From Paraspadella gotoi (taxonomy: Eukaryota > Animalia > Chaetognatha), in contig CM119270.1 in the NCBI GenBank assembly GCA_051294375.1, positions 14,347,247 through 14,411,246 on the forward strand: DNA of 64,000 nucleotides, given 5' to 3'. The notes below the pieces were generated by a model. That model searched no databases. It worked only from the letters and a program-made list of their open reading frames with translations, and was not told the DNA's origin. Each line of letters opens with the position of its first letter. Position 1 is the first letter of the stretch. The position numbers were made by a program, and so were the translations under genes. Positions 51,932-64,000 of this stretch are shown here, in pieces.

Positions 51932-53041
51932 CTCTCTGCTCTAGCCTCTTTCTCTCCTTATAATAATACTAAATCAAATCAAATAAAACTCTCTCTTCTC
52001 TCTCTCTCTCTCCTCCTTTCTCATCTCTCTCTCTCTCTCTCTCTCTCCTCTCTCTCCTCTCTCTACTCAGAATATCAGATCCATCTACCTTCTCTCGTTT
52101 TCGGTCGACTTCCGTCTCTCATGAGTAGAAAATAGGATTTTACTTTTCCGGTTGACTGCGATATCCGAAGATTAGACGCGCACCTCGCTCCTCCTTCTTA
52201 TCGCACGACCTCTCTTCTTGCCCTACGCCTCAGACCATCACAAACTCCCCACGACGATTCCACCCACGCTCCCACGACGACGAATCCCAGATATGTGGCC
52301 CAAAACGTGCACCTTCTAGATGCGGAGTTCGCGTAGAACAAAAATCGAAGCCTTGGGGGGGGGGAACTGGAAGTTTTTTTTTATTACTTGGAGGGAGAGA
52401 TACTAAAAGCAGTGGAGCCCTAAACGGAATATTAGGCGGTTTTAGGCCTGAAAAAAGAAGTTTGTTGGATTCAGATATTGAACTGAAATGAACCAAAGTA
52501 TATATATATATAAAAACTGAAACCTTTTTGGTATAAATTAAAGTATAATCGGATGTCTAATCGAATAGCAGAGAAAATTGAAACAAACAGACAAGGACAA
52601 CTTTGATGCAACTAGACAGTAATTAATGGCAAAACGACATTAGAAATACCATTACATACAAAACCCAAAAGTACAATCGTCAAAAATCAAATATGATCAG
52701 TAAAAATCTAAACTAAATTTATTAACTTTTTCGGAAATAATTTTCTCGTCTGGTGCAAATCCATTCTTCCAACCGCGTACTTACCCATCGACCTTGACGT
52801 CCGTCAATTTGCTGTTCTGGTCCTCACCCTCTAGTCACTCTCTCTCTCTCCGTATCTTCTCATCTTCCTTACCACGGATTTTCCGCTCATCTTTCCCACA
52901 TGACGAAAACGAGCGCGAATACTTTCTCTTTTTCCTATGCGGCGATGCATCCCTTTAAAGTAAAGATGTTTACTCCTTATTAATCTTAATAACTGTGTAG
53001 TGGGTAGTATTCAATACCCAACTACTCGTCCGAAATCAGCA

Positions 53042-53255
53042 GCACCTAAATGGCGCGCGCGAATACCGGTTAGCACGAGCTCCTTCCCAACCCAAAGTGA
53101 CCTCGGGTTCAGCCCCTGCTGCAATTCCACTAGTAAAGCGGGACGGGGCGTTTAACCACCTGTAGTGTCGGACTACAGGACCGATCGAAGTTTCGAGGCT
53201 TTGTGATGTAACTGGACGGTAAACTGTTCGCGGCACTCGTCTATCCACAAATGCC
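53042..53255 (+). mobile_element. Noisy inverted duplicate of the SINE-like element (inside the large fold-back)
   Basis: Reverse complement of 45410-45606 with many 1-3 nt indels and the same flanks. Confidence 0.4.
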
Positions 53256-54406
53256 CAATTACAATATTCATTCAATTAAACTAAGAGTTTTATTAACAAT
53301 ATTTTATAATTGCAATTTTTGCGATTCCTCTTTTCTTCATTTTATCTTACAATAAAATTAAATAAATACTATATAAATATGAATATTACTGCTACTCTGT
53401 CTCCGCTCGTCGCGATTTGAGCGTCCTTCGTTTCTATACGGTTTTTCTCCCGAGTAAGGAGAAACAAATTGACAAAGGGCAGAAGTGAGAGGAAGGGCGC
53501 AGCCGCGCCGTTCACCTATACCCTATCCCACCCAACCCTTCCCAGCCCCCGCTTTCTTTCCTGGCCCGGCGGTTTGGCCACCAATTTTCATTATACTGTA
53601 GCGGGATATCGTTTTCCGCAAGAGGTGGCGGAAGCTGAGCCAGCCAATTTATTGCTGGTTTGACCCCTGTTGTGCCCTTGGCTTTGCGGCAGGGGGAATA
53701 GTGCGGCAGTGGTTGTTTTTAGGGTCGAGACCCTTTAAACGGTGGCGGGGTTGAAATTAAACGTCTGGAGATGTTGGATTTACTTTAATCGCAACCCATT
53801 TAGGGTGGTGAAAAGGTTATTTTATGTATTTGTTAATTGGTAGTAGTGGATTGGATGATTGGTTTGTTAGAAGGTTGGGGGAATATTAAATGGATGGCGT
53901 CGTTTGGACACTTAAAAGAATACAATCGCTTGTCGTTTTGTCTTCATTCTTTAATAAATAGCTTACTTGCTAAAGAAAAATCGATTCTGTAAATTGTATT
54001 ATTCGATTTCGATCTCAAATACACTGTATCGGAAAAACTGAGCTATCTTTTAAATGTATTTTCATTCTATATGAACAAAACGGTTTATACTTCATCTATT
54101 CGACCGTTATCATTTACTTAATTTATTATCAGATTTACCTTTTACCTTTTAGAAATACAGTCCCACGCTCCTTCTTTATTTTACCTTTATAGACAAAATC
54201 TGAGAAGGAGTTGGTAGTAAGCTGAAATAAACCGAAGAAGGCATCAATCTCTTCATNNNNNNNNNNNNNNNNNNNNNNNNNCCAAAAAAAGGGGCCCATG
54301 GACTGTGGACGCGATGGTCATAAAAGTTTGAGAAAGTGATGAGAACAAAAAGATGTATAATGGGATGGAAATAAAAACCGCCTCTCCGCCAACGACCTCC
54401 ATCTCT

Positions 54407-54457
<51 letters not shown>
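54407..54457 (+). repeat. (GCC)n trinucleotide repeat
   Basis: About 17 consecutive gcc units; related GC-rich islands at 2566-2610 (GGC) and 10345-10500. Confidence 0.9.
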
Positions 54458-54458
<1 letters not shown>

Positions 54459-55846
54459 AAGCAACTCTGGCGGCCGCAATCATCCGCCGCGTCGGGGGCG
54501 TGACTTTGGCGTCTTTCTTCGAGACGCTTGACCACGACGAGGAAGACGACGACGACGACGACGACGACGAAACGACCGAAAAATGGCACGAAATGACGCA
54601 TGAGCGAAGTTTTGTTTTGGGAAAAAATATGAGGGATATGAGAGAATGTGAGTGAGGGGTGAAAAATTGAGTAGGCGATGGATGAGGTGAGAAAATATGA
54701 AGAAAAGGGACGGAGAAAATATGAATTCTAAAAGAAAAAGAGAAATAAAAAGAGGTATAACTTAATGAAATTGGAAAAAAACCAATATAAAATTATCCAT
54801 CCATTTTATACATATTACATAAGCTTACTTGCCTCCTGACTTTGAACAGGCTATGGTGGGTGGGTGGACAGACTATTGTGATTTTAACGCATTTTTAGCT
54901 CAGTGATTAACTTTATCACATTGTTTTCTTGTTTATAAAATCGGGAGGAACCATCAAGTTTTTTTTTTTAAACTGGAATATGGAATGGAGCGCGAACAAC
55001 CCTTGGCCCCGCTAACCCGGTTCTAGCCCTTCGCTCCTCTTTACCAGATAAGCCAGACCTTTCCCTACCCCTCCCCCATCCACCCTCCACCCTCCCACCT
55101 CTTTACCAAGCCTCCTCCCAAACTTGAAGAAAATTTGTATTTGCAAAAGGAAANNNNNNNNNNNNNNNNNNNNNNNNNNNNNNNNNNNNNNNNNNNNNNN
55201 NNNNNNNNNNNNNNNNNNNNNNNNNNNNNNNNNNNNNNNNNNNNNNNNNNNNNNNNNNNNNNNNNNNNNNNNNNNNNNNNNNNNNNNNNNNNNNNNNNNN
55301 NNNNNNNNNNNNNNNNNNNNNNNNNNNNNNNNNNNNNNNNNNNNNNNNNNNNNNNNNNNNNNNNNNNNNNNNNNNNNNNNNNNNNNNNNNNNNNNNNNNN
55401 NNNNNNNNNNNNNNNNNNNNNNNNNNNNNNNNNNNNNNNNNNNNNNNNNNNNNNNNNNNNNNNNNNNNNNNNNNNNNNNNNNNNNNNNNNNNNNNNNNNN
55501 NNNNNNNNNNNNNNNNNNNNNNNNNNNNNNNNNNNNNNNNNNNNNNNNNNNNNNNNNNNNNNNNNNNNNNNNNNNNNNNNNNNNNNNNNNNNNNNNNNNN
55601 NNNNNNNNNNNNNNNNNNNNNNNNNNNNNNNNNNNNNNNNNNNNNNNNNNNNNNNNNNNNNNNNNNNNNNNNNNNNNNNNNNNNNNNNNNNNNNNNNNNN
55701 NNNNNNNNNNNNNNNNNNAGGAAAAAAGAGAAAAAGTTTTTAAGATAAAACATCCCAAACTTGTATCACGGTTAGAAAATGTGGATTTATGGCGAAGCAG
55801 CATTAAAACAGCCTGCTACCGTTCTCTGCGATCCTCGCTGTGTCTA

Positions 55847-55883
<37 letters not shown>

Positions 55884-56495
55884 AACGTGACAATAAGTGT
55901 TTGCGGTGTTTTTAATTTTTAAAGAATGAGGTTCTTGATTGTAATCTAAAGCGTAATTTTATCCAGACGAAAGCCATGCGGCGACTGAAGAGATTTTCGT
56001 GCTCAAGCGAGAAAGTTACCCCTCTCCCCAAAAAAGAAACAAGTCTCTTACAATACAATACAATATCTTTTTAAACATTGCACAAAGATCTATCTCTTTA
56101 GTTTATCTTAATTTAAAAGCAACTCAGTAAACCTCATTTGCCTTTTAATTTTTACCGAGCAAAGTGGCCATACACTTTTTTTCCTTTTTTCTAATCTTTC
56201 TTTTTCTTTTTCTACTTTCTTTTACTTTTTTCTATCCTTTCTTTTCCTTTTTTCTATTCACTTTTCCTTTTTTTTCTACTTTTTTTCCATTTTTTCTATC
56301 CTTTCTTTTTTCTCTTGTTCTTCCGTCTTTTTCTCTCAGAAAGGCGACGCGAGATTTTCGAGGCAGCGAAGGAAAACAATAGAAATTCTAAAGGTGAAAA
56401 AGTCGAAAGGGCAAAATAATTTCCGCAAAATTCCTTTTGATTTTCGTTCCGAAAGAAAGAAAAAAAATTATATGCGAAAAAGACAAGATTAAATC

Positions 56496-56564
<69 letters not shown>

Positions 56565-56878
56565 CATATTCCAAATAAAGAATTTTTTTCCACACGTTAT
56601 CGTGATTCAATTCGATCGAGTTTTTTTCGTCGTAAAGCATCAAATTTTTTGGGAGATTTTTTTCTCGAAATGATTTTTGAAAAAAAATTATATATTTTCA
56701 TCAATAAAAAGGTATTAATTAGAATAGATTGGAAAGAAGCGAATAAAGATTAATAAAACGAATGTCGTAAACCATTCTGCAAACTTAATTGTCATAATTG
56801 GAAAAAAAAACATTTGTTAATAATCTTGCTAGCCACTGCCTTGTATTAATTTTCATTACGCCAAAAAAAAATCAAATA

Positions 56879-56907
56879 TATAGATAGATAGATACATAGA
56901 TAGATAT

Positions 56908-56942
<35 letters not shown>
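56879..56942 (+). repeat. (GATA)n microsatellite
   Basis: tagatagata run with two variant units. Confidence 0.9.
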
Positions 56943-56943
<1 letters not shown>

Positions 56944-59900
56944 AAATGGAGAAAAAAGAAATAAAGCGTCAAGATTTTCTCATTTTTTCAACTTCGAGGT
57001 GAAAATGTGAACAAATCATTTTTGGAGGAAACGGACAAAATTTTGAAGGAGGAAAGAAAAGGTAAAAAAGTTAAAGAAGAAATAAATGAAAAAAAAAGGA
57101 GGAAAGAGGAGCTAAAAAGGAAAATACATTATATAAAAAGAAAGAAAAAAAAATTGGAAAGAAATTAAACTTGAAGCTAAAAGAGAAAATAAGAAAGTAA
57201 GGATGACAAACAGTAAAAAAAAGTAAAAAAAAAAGGAGGAAAGCAAAAAATCCGAAAAAATAATAAGGATGGCGGAAAAAGTGGAGGAAAAAAGAAGGAA
57301 AGAAAGAAAAAAGTAAAATGGCCGAACCGAACGCTTTTCCTTTCTTTTTTCTTCTACTTCAAGGTGAACGCGTGAACAACTCATTCACTGTGAGAAAAAA
57401 AAAAGAAAGGATGGAAGAAAGAGAAGAAGAGAAGGAATCACGAAAAATGGAGACAAAAGGAAATCATAAAAAAAAAGAAAAGTGGAAGAAAAAAAAATCT
57501 AAATTAATCGCAATATTTGAAAAAAATGATTGTTTGAAGCTCATAGTGATGAATAGAAATTAATTGAAAAATAAGCGACACAAACCTCACCCAACGGCTG
57601 CGCCCAAAAGATTGAGGCGTATAAAACAGAAGCTAAAGTTAAAAATTGAAAAAAAATTTGATAGAAATAAAAATACAATTATAATAAACATATAACCTAA
57701 AACTAGAAGCGACTGATGGATCTCATTGGAATCGAAGGCGAACAGGCGGCGAACAGGCGTCCGGAGATAGGATACTGCCTACCGGCGACAGGCGACCGGC
57801 AACGGTCAACGAATTTCGGCTTTCGTCCGCTTCTCTCCGCTTCTCTCCGCTTCACTCGGCCCCGTGAGCATCATAACTATGCGAAAAGTCCGAACAGANN
57901 NNNNNNNNNNNNNNNNNNNNNNNNNNNNNNNNNNNNNNNNNNNNNNNNNNNNNNNNNNNNNNNNNNNNNNNNNNNNNNNNNNNNNNNNNNNNNNNNNNNN
58001 NNNNNNNNNNNNNNNNNNNNNNNNNNNNNNNNNNNNNNNNNNNNNNNNNNNNNNNNNNNNNNNNNNNNNNNNNNNNNNNNNNNNNNNNNNNNNNNNNNNN
58101 NNNNNNNNNNNNNNNNNNNNNNNNNNNNNNNNNNNNNNNNNNNNNNNNNNNNNNNNNNNNNNNNNNNNNNNNNNNNNNNNNNNNNNNNNNNNNNNNNNNN
58201 NNNNNNNNNNNNNNNNNNNNNNNNNNNNNNNNNNNNNNNNNNNNNNNNNNNNNNNNNNNNNNNCTCAGTCCAACGCGAGGGCTAGTTGACATCGCTTAGC
58301 AGGGTCACCTTTTGAAGCCCTTTGGCAATTCGACCTTGCCACGCCCTGCAGCGAACTCTCCTTCGCCCTGTCACTCTCTGCCACGCCCGGTCCATTCACT
58401 TCTGACGCTAAACGCGGCTATTAAACAGATTGAGTCGAATTTTATATTTTATATCTCCGTTTATTAATTTCTAAATTTATTAACTTACCTTCAATGTTTC
58501 TGCTCCGCTTTTTTTCTCAATCCTTTGCGAAACGTATGCCTCACCTCTTTTCCTCTTACCTTTTAAAAGCGGAAATCTTTGACGCCTTCTCGACCTTTCT
58601 TAAACATCGCCTTCCTTAAGTCGATTTCCCGAAAGCCACCCCATCTTCCATCCCNNNNNNNNNNNNNNNNNNNNNNNNNNNNNNNNNNNNNNNNNNNNNN
58701 NNNNNNNNNNNNNNNNNNNNNNNNNNNNNNNNNNNNNNNNNNNNNNNNNNNNNNNNNNNNNNNNNNNNNNNNNNNNNNNNNNNNNNNNNNNNNNNNNNNN
58801 NNNNNNNNNNNNNNNNNNNNNNNNNNNNNNNNNNNNNNNNNNNNNNNNNNNNNNNNNNNNNNNNNNNNNNNNNNNNNNNNNNNNNNNNNNNNNNNNNNNN
58901 NNNNNNNNNNNNNNNNNNNNNNNNNNNNNNNNNNNNTCTCTCTCTCTCTGATGGCATCTCCGTCCAGCCCCTCGCACCTGCCCAGATCGCGTCGTCAAAA
59001 TCTTAAACGTCTTTCGATGGAAGATAAAAATTCGCGATGGACGCATTCGGCTCTTTCCTTTTTCCTTTTTCCTTTTCCTTTTTCTTTTTCTTTTTCTTTC
59101 CTTTTCCTCATCTCTTCTCTTTTCTTCTTCCTTTCTCATACTTTCTCCTTTTCCCCCTTTATTATTTGCCATTTTTTCCTATCTCTTTCCTTTTTATTCT
59201 TCTCACTCTGCACATCTTCTCTTTTCTATCTTCTGCTTTTTTTCACCTTCAATCATCGACATTTTTTTCCTCTCCTTTCCTTTCTTACGTTTTTTCTCAT
59301 CTCATTTCCTCCAAATTCATTTTTTCCTCTGATTCTCTTAATATTTTACTTCTTTCCTCCCCTAAAATTTTCTATTTTCCTCCATTCTATTCCTTTCCTT
59401 TATGAAATTGGTACAACCAATATAAAAAAAAATATTATTTATTTTTTCGTCACTTTTCTTTCGCTTTTCTTTTTCTCCTTTCACTTTTTCTCACTTCTAT
59501 CCTTTTCCCTCTCTTTCCTTCTTTCATTCACTTACCCTTCGTTCGCCTCTTTAACCTTCCTTTAGTCTTACCTCTTTCTCCTCATCCTTCCTCTTTCTTC
59601 CATCTTCCCATTTCTCTCTCCCACTTCCCACTCCCCATTCCTCACTCCTCCCACCTTCTTATCGCCTTCAAACTCGGTCAATCTTCTCTGCAAACAACGC
59701 AGGTAGGACTGGACGCCTTTCCTCCCTCCCTCACTCTTCCCCCACTCCCTCTCCCTCCCCCTCTTCGTCCTCTTTTCCTCGGCTCCTCCTCCTCCTCATT
59801 CTGTTGCTAATCACTTGCTAATGAGGGCCAATTTCGATATTATTGTGGTGGCATCCGCGTCGCAGCCATGAATACGAAAAAAGAGAGAANNNNNNNNNNN

Positions 59901-62710
59901 NNNNNNNNNNNNNNNNNNNNNNNNNNNNNNNNNNNNNNNNNNNNNNNNNNNNNNNNNNNNNNNNNNNNNNNNNNNNNNNNNNNNNNNNNNNNNNNNNNNN
60001 NNNNNNNNNNNNNNNNATAATAAGAGAGGGGAGCGGATGTGGTAAGTTCAAATTGGTCAATGGTGGGATTAAGGTGGGATGAGGGAGTGAGGAATTGGCG
60101 AGAAGTCGGTTGTGAGGTTAAAATCGGTTTCTATACTCCTGGCGAGGGCAAGTTACTGGTAAGTTATAAGTGAAGATAGGGAATCCTATCAAGTGGGATA
60201 TGTTAGGGCAAAATTTGAAAATAAAGAGGTTCGAGACGAAATAAGGATGGACTTTGGGTGTCAATAAGAGGGGATTAAGGGGGGGGGTGTTGTGAAAAAT
60301 ATCAATGCTTAACGGTTGTGAGACATCAAATCGTGAATGGTTAAAGTGAAAATTATATCGTTCAGGCGTAAAAAATAAATCCGAAAGCCTAATTCATCAA
60401 ATCTGTGACGATCGTTGAATGACTTTAGTATCGAAGAAGAATCAAAATTGCATTTTGCTTAATTAAGCAATAAACATACAAAAAATGAAATAGCTTAAAA
60501 AAAGTTTGAGTCAATAAACGGAACGTCTTTCATCTCTTTTCATTTTTTTTTTCTCCCGTCGAATTTGAATTTTTGATAAAACAGCGACATCTGCCGTCGT
60601 CTCGCTCTCTATCGTTCCGAACTCTCCCGCTCCATCGTTTCAAACGCTCCGTCTCTGTCTTTCCAAACTCGCCCCCCCCCNNNNNNNNNNNNNNNNNNNN
60701 NNNNNNNNNNNNNNNNNNNNNNNNNNNNNNNNNNNNNNNNNNNNNNNNNNNNNNNNNNNNNNNNNNNNNNNNNNNNNNNNNNNNNNNNNNNNNNNNNNNN
60801 NNNNNNNNNNNNNNNNNNNNNNNNNNNNNNNNNNNNNNNNNNNNNNNNNNNNNNNNNNNNNNNNNNNNNNNNNNNNNNNNNNNNNNNNNNNNNNNNNNNN
60901 NNNNNNNNNNNNNNNNNNNNNNNNNNNNNNNNNNNNNNNNNNNNNNNNNNNNNNNNNNNNNNNNNNNNNNNNNNNNNNNNNNNNNNNNNNNNNNNNNNNN
61001 NNNNNNNNNNNNNNNNNNNNNNNNNNNNNNNNNNNNNNNNNNNNNNNNNNNNNNNNNNNNNNNNNNNNNNNNNNNNNNNNNNNNNNNNNNNNNNNNNNNN
61101 NNNNNNNNNNNNNNNNNNNNNNNNNNNNNNNNNNNNNNNNNNNNNNNNNNNNNNNNGAGGAAGAAGAGAGAGAGAGAGAGAGAGAGAAAAAGGGAAAGAG
61201 ATGGAAAATTCAATTTTCTCTTTTTCGTTAGAAAATTAGGCTTTTTCGTTTCGCTGGTGAAAGTTTTCTTTAATACACGACGATTTATTGGTTAAAAATT
61301 CCTTAAGTTTCCATGTAGAGAATTTATTTATTATCAAAAAACAATATAGTTGAAAGATATTTTGTTACCTCACGTAAGTCTTTTTTTAGTCATTTGAGTT
61401 GACCTTACCTGACCTTATCTTTTCACCATTCTAGTGGCTTTCTCGAAGCCTTCTTTTTGCTGAGAGACCGTGAAACTTGTTATTCGATCAGAATCATTTT
61501 TTAAAGAGAAGATTTGCCGTCTGGAACCGTAGTTTTTACGGATTCCAAAGATTTATTACAAACTTTTATTCGACATTTCATCGATTTGCCGTGGATTTAT
61601 TTCTACGCAAATAAAAATAATTCACAATTTATTATACATTTTTCGACGTTTTTCTTCACGCTTCGAGATTTAGTAAGATACTACAAAATCCTTGCTCCTT
61701 GTCAAAATATGTTCATCCAACGGCCGACGTCTCGAAGGCATAGAAAATACAAAATACTTTCTACAATAGAGCAAAATGTTCCATAAATTTAAAAAAAAAA
61801 AAAATTGCTGCCTATATAACAAAAAATCAAAAAAACTAAAAAAGAAAAAACATGGTTTCGTCTAAAAACGTCGTTCTGAACTTGAAACGGCAGAAAACCA
61901 AATTAAAAACTTCAAAGCTTGAATCTTTAAATGTTTCCTCACCAATGAGAAAAAAAAAGAGAGAGACTCCGTTTAATTATTGATTAATGAGATGCAATTC
62001 GCTTCTCTGTTTCTCCGTGACTTTTCGCCAATTTTATTCTTTTTTTTGGTTTTGGCGGNNNNNNNNNNNNNNNNNNNNNNNNNNNNNNNNNNNNNNNNNN
62101 NNNNNNNNNNNNNNNNNNNNNNNNNNNNNNNNNNNNNNNNNNNNNNNNNNNNNNNNNNNNNNNNNNNNNNNNNNNNNNNNNNNNNNNNNNNNNNNNNNNN
62201 NNNNNNNNNNNNNGAGAGAGAGATAGATAGAGAGAGCCATGAAAAAATGTGGTGATTGAAATCTGGAATGAACGGGAGAAAAACAGCGCCAGGCTCGGAA
62301 TTCTAATTGGGGAATTTTCAACTTTTTTCTCAATGTTTTAATCTTCGTCGCGTCGAGTTGTAAAGGAGGCGATTCGGCGATAAGAATGGAGTTTTAAATG
62401 ATTTATTTTTAAGTAACACAGTTTCCTAAAATTCACCGTTTTTAGACAGTTTTTTTCATATTTACATATTTAATAAATTTAATACATTTAACGATGTCAA
62501 ACTGATTACAGATGACAAGATATTTGAAAAGAGGATTTCCATTTCAAGTTGATTTGGTTTTGAATAATTAAAACTTAAACAATAAGGCTAATTCTTAATG
62601 GTCTTGTACAATAAATTAAAGAGCCACGATTTTTTTTTATTCCACTCTGGAGAAAATAAAGATTGTAAATGTTTTTTGAACCAAAGCTTGAAAAATGAAA
62701 CCACAAACTT

Positions 62711-62870
62711 TTCTCTTCATCTCTCTGTCGCTCTCTTTCGTTCTCTCTCAGAGTCTATCTCTCTCTCTCTCTCTCGCGAATCCGGAAGTTNNNNNNNNNN
62801 TTCTCTTCATCTCTCTCTCTCGCTCTCTTTCGTTCTCTCTCTGAGTCTTTCTCTCTCTCTCTCTCGCGAA
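62711..62870 (+). repeat. About 70-bp direct duplication across a 10-N gap
   Basis: ttctcttcatctctct...ctctcgcgaa occurs at 62711-62780 and 62801-62870 on either side of N 62791-62800; probably unmerged contig ends or alleles. Confidence 0.85.
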
Positions 62871-63113
62871 NNNNNNNNNNNNNNNNNNNNNNNNNNNNNN
62901 NNNNNNNNNNNNNNNNNNNNNNNNNNNNNNNNNNNNNNNNNNNNNNNNNNNNNNNNNNNNNNNNNNNNNNNNNNNNNNNNNNNNNNNNNNNNNNNNNNNN
63001 NNNNNNNNNNNNNNNNNNNNNNNNNNNNNNNNNNNNNNNNNNNNNNNNNNNNNNNNNNNNNNNNNNNNNNNNNNNNNNNNNNNNNNNNNNNNNNNNNNNN
63101 NNNNNNNNNNNNN

Positions 63114-63330
63114 GACGCCGGCCGACGCCGCACGACGCCGTCCGACGCCGAGTGCAGAGTAGGCGTGTCCGGTCGCGCCGCCGATTCGGCGCCGGACGTC
63201 GTTTCCGGTCCGACGAGGGATTTCTCGGCGGCCGATCGAAATCCGGTGGGATGAAATAAAAGGCGAGGCAAAGATGAACCGGAAGTCGGTGTGAAAAAAA
63301 ACCTACTAAACCGGAAGTAGATTTTTCGAC
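63114..63330. promoter_or_regulatory. CpG-rich, promoter-like segment with tandem ETS motifs
   Basis: ACCGGAAGT at 63278-63286 and 63310-63318 next to a very GC/CpG-rich block (63114-63250); a second CpG-rich block lies at 63810-64000. Motif evidence only. Confidence 0.3.
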
Positions 63331-64000
63331 GTTCGATTCTCGAGGCGATTGGGGGGAGGGAGAGGGGTAGGAAGTGCGGTGACTCTTGAGAGGAAGAAAG
63401 CTGATGGGGTGATGGAATGATTGGTTTATTAAGTAACGGGGTGATGCCATGATGATCTGGTGGAGTGATGGGTTGATGGGTTGATGGGTTAATGTATTGA
63501 TGGAGTGGTAGGTTGATGAGCTTTTTTGATCAATAAAATGTTTATGAATTGGTTAATTGATAACTTGGTTAGTTTATATGCCTATGCTGTGTGAGTTTTT
63601 CACCGAGTGACACTTACGTTGCGGTTTGAAGGCAGATTGACAAGTCTGGTGGCTCTTTGCTCACCGATGTGCTTTTCTTTCAGCCATATTTTCGTCGACA
63701 ACAACAACAATAACCACAACAAGGACAACCTAACCTGTTCGACCTACCGACCGACCAAACGCACAAATTACGAATCAAGGTCAGAAATGAAAGAGAAGAG
63801 CAGGAAAAGGGGGTCACAACCGGTCGACGCTCCACGACGGAGGTGACGCTAAAAAGAATGCGCGTTTGTTGACGCCGCCCGTCGCCGGACGCGGCGTCGC
63901 CCGTTACGGCGTCGCCGGTCCTGGACCGGAAAAGGGTCGAAGGGTCATTGGGTCAAATACGGCGCCGTTTTTGAGGTCGCTCGGGTCAAGAACCGGCGCC

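Larger units (their letters stand above)
44450..54245. repeat. Large indel-rich inverted duplication (arms about 44450-48915 and 49507-54245)
   Basis: For example 48851 gtatgacaaagaaaacattgttttttcccgaac versus 49550 gttcggggaaaaaacaatgttttctttgtcatac, collinear in reverse for about 4.5 kb; ends just before the 25-N gap 54257-54281. Confidence 0.92.

Overview
AT-rich animal (eukaryotic, probably protostome) draft-scaffold DNA, dense in (GA/TC)n, (AAAG)n and (CGA/TCG)n microsatellites, with 17 N-gaps. Nearly all listed ORFs are translations of microsatellites or N-runs. The only well-supported coding sequence is two minus-strand, phase-compatible exons (6404-6554 and 5343-5531) encoding the Q/L-rich N-terminal region of a FoxP-family transcription factor; the zinc finger, leucine zipper and forkhead exons are not visible here. 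About 11.6-45.2 kb is one 7-10 kb non-coding unit present four times, and there are three indel-rich fold-back duplications (2.4-4.2, 21.7-22.4, 44.5-54.2 kb). All of these abut gaps of exactly 25 N, the signature of long-read gap over-filling, so most of the redundancy is probably assembly artefact. However, one gap-free head-to-tail junction (21517/21518) and two classes of shared variants leave room for a real two-copy duplication or two haplotypes. Elements that look genuine: a 263-bp MITE-like hairpin found in all four copies, a tRNA-derived SINE-like element with a structured body, a dispersed 25-mer containing inverted CCAAT boxes, and several motif clusters. I found no convincing novel multi-gene system.
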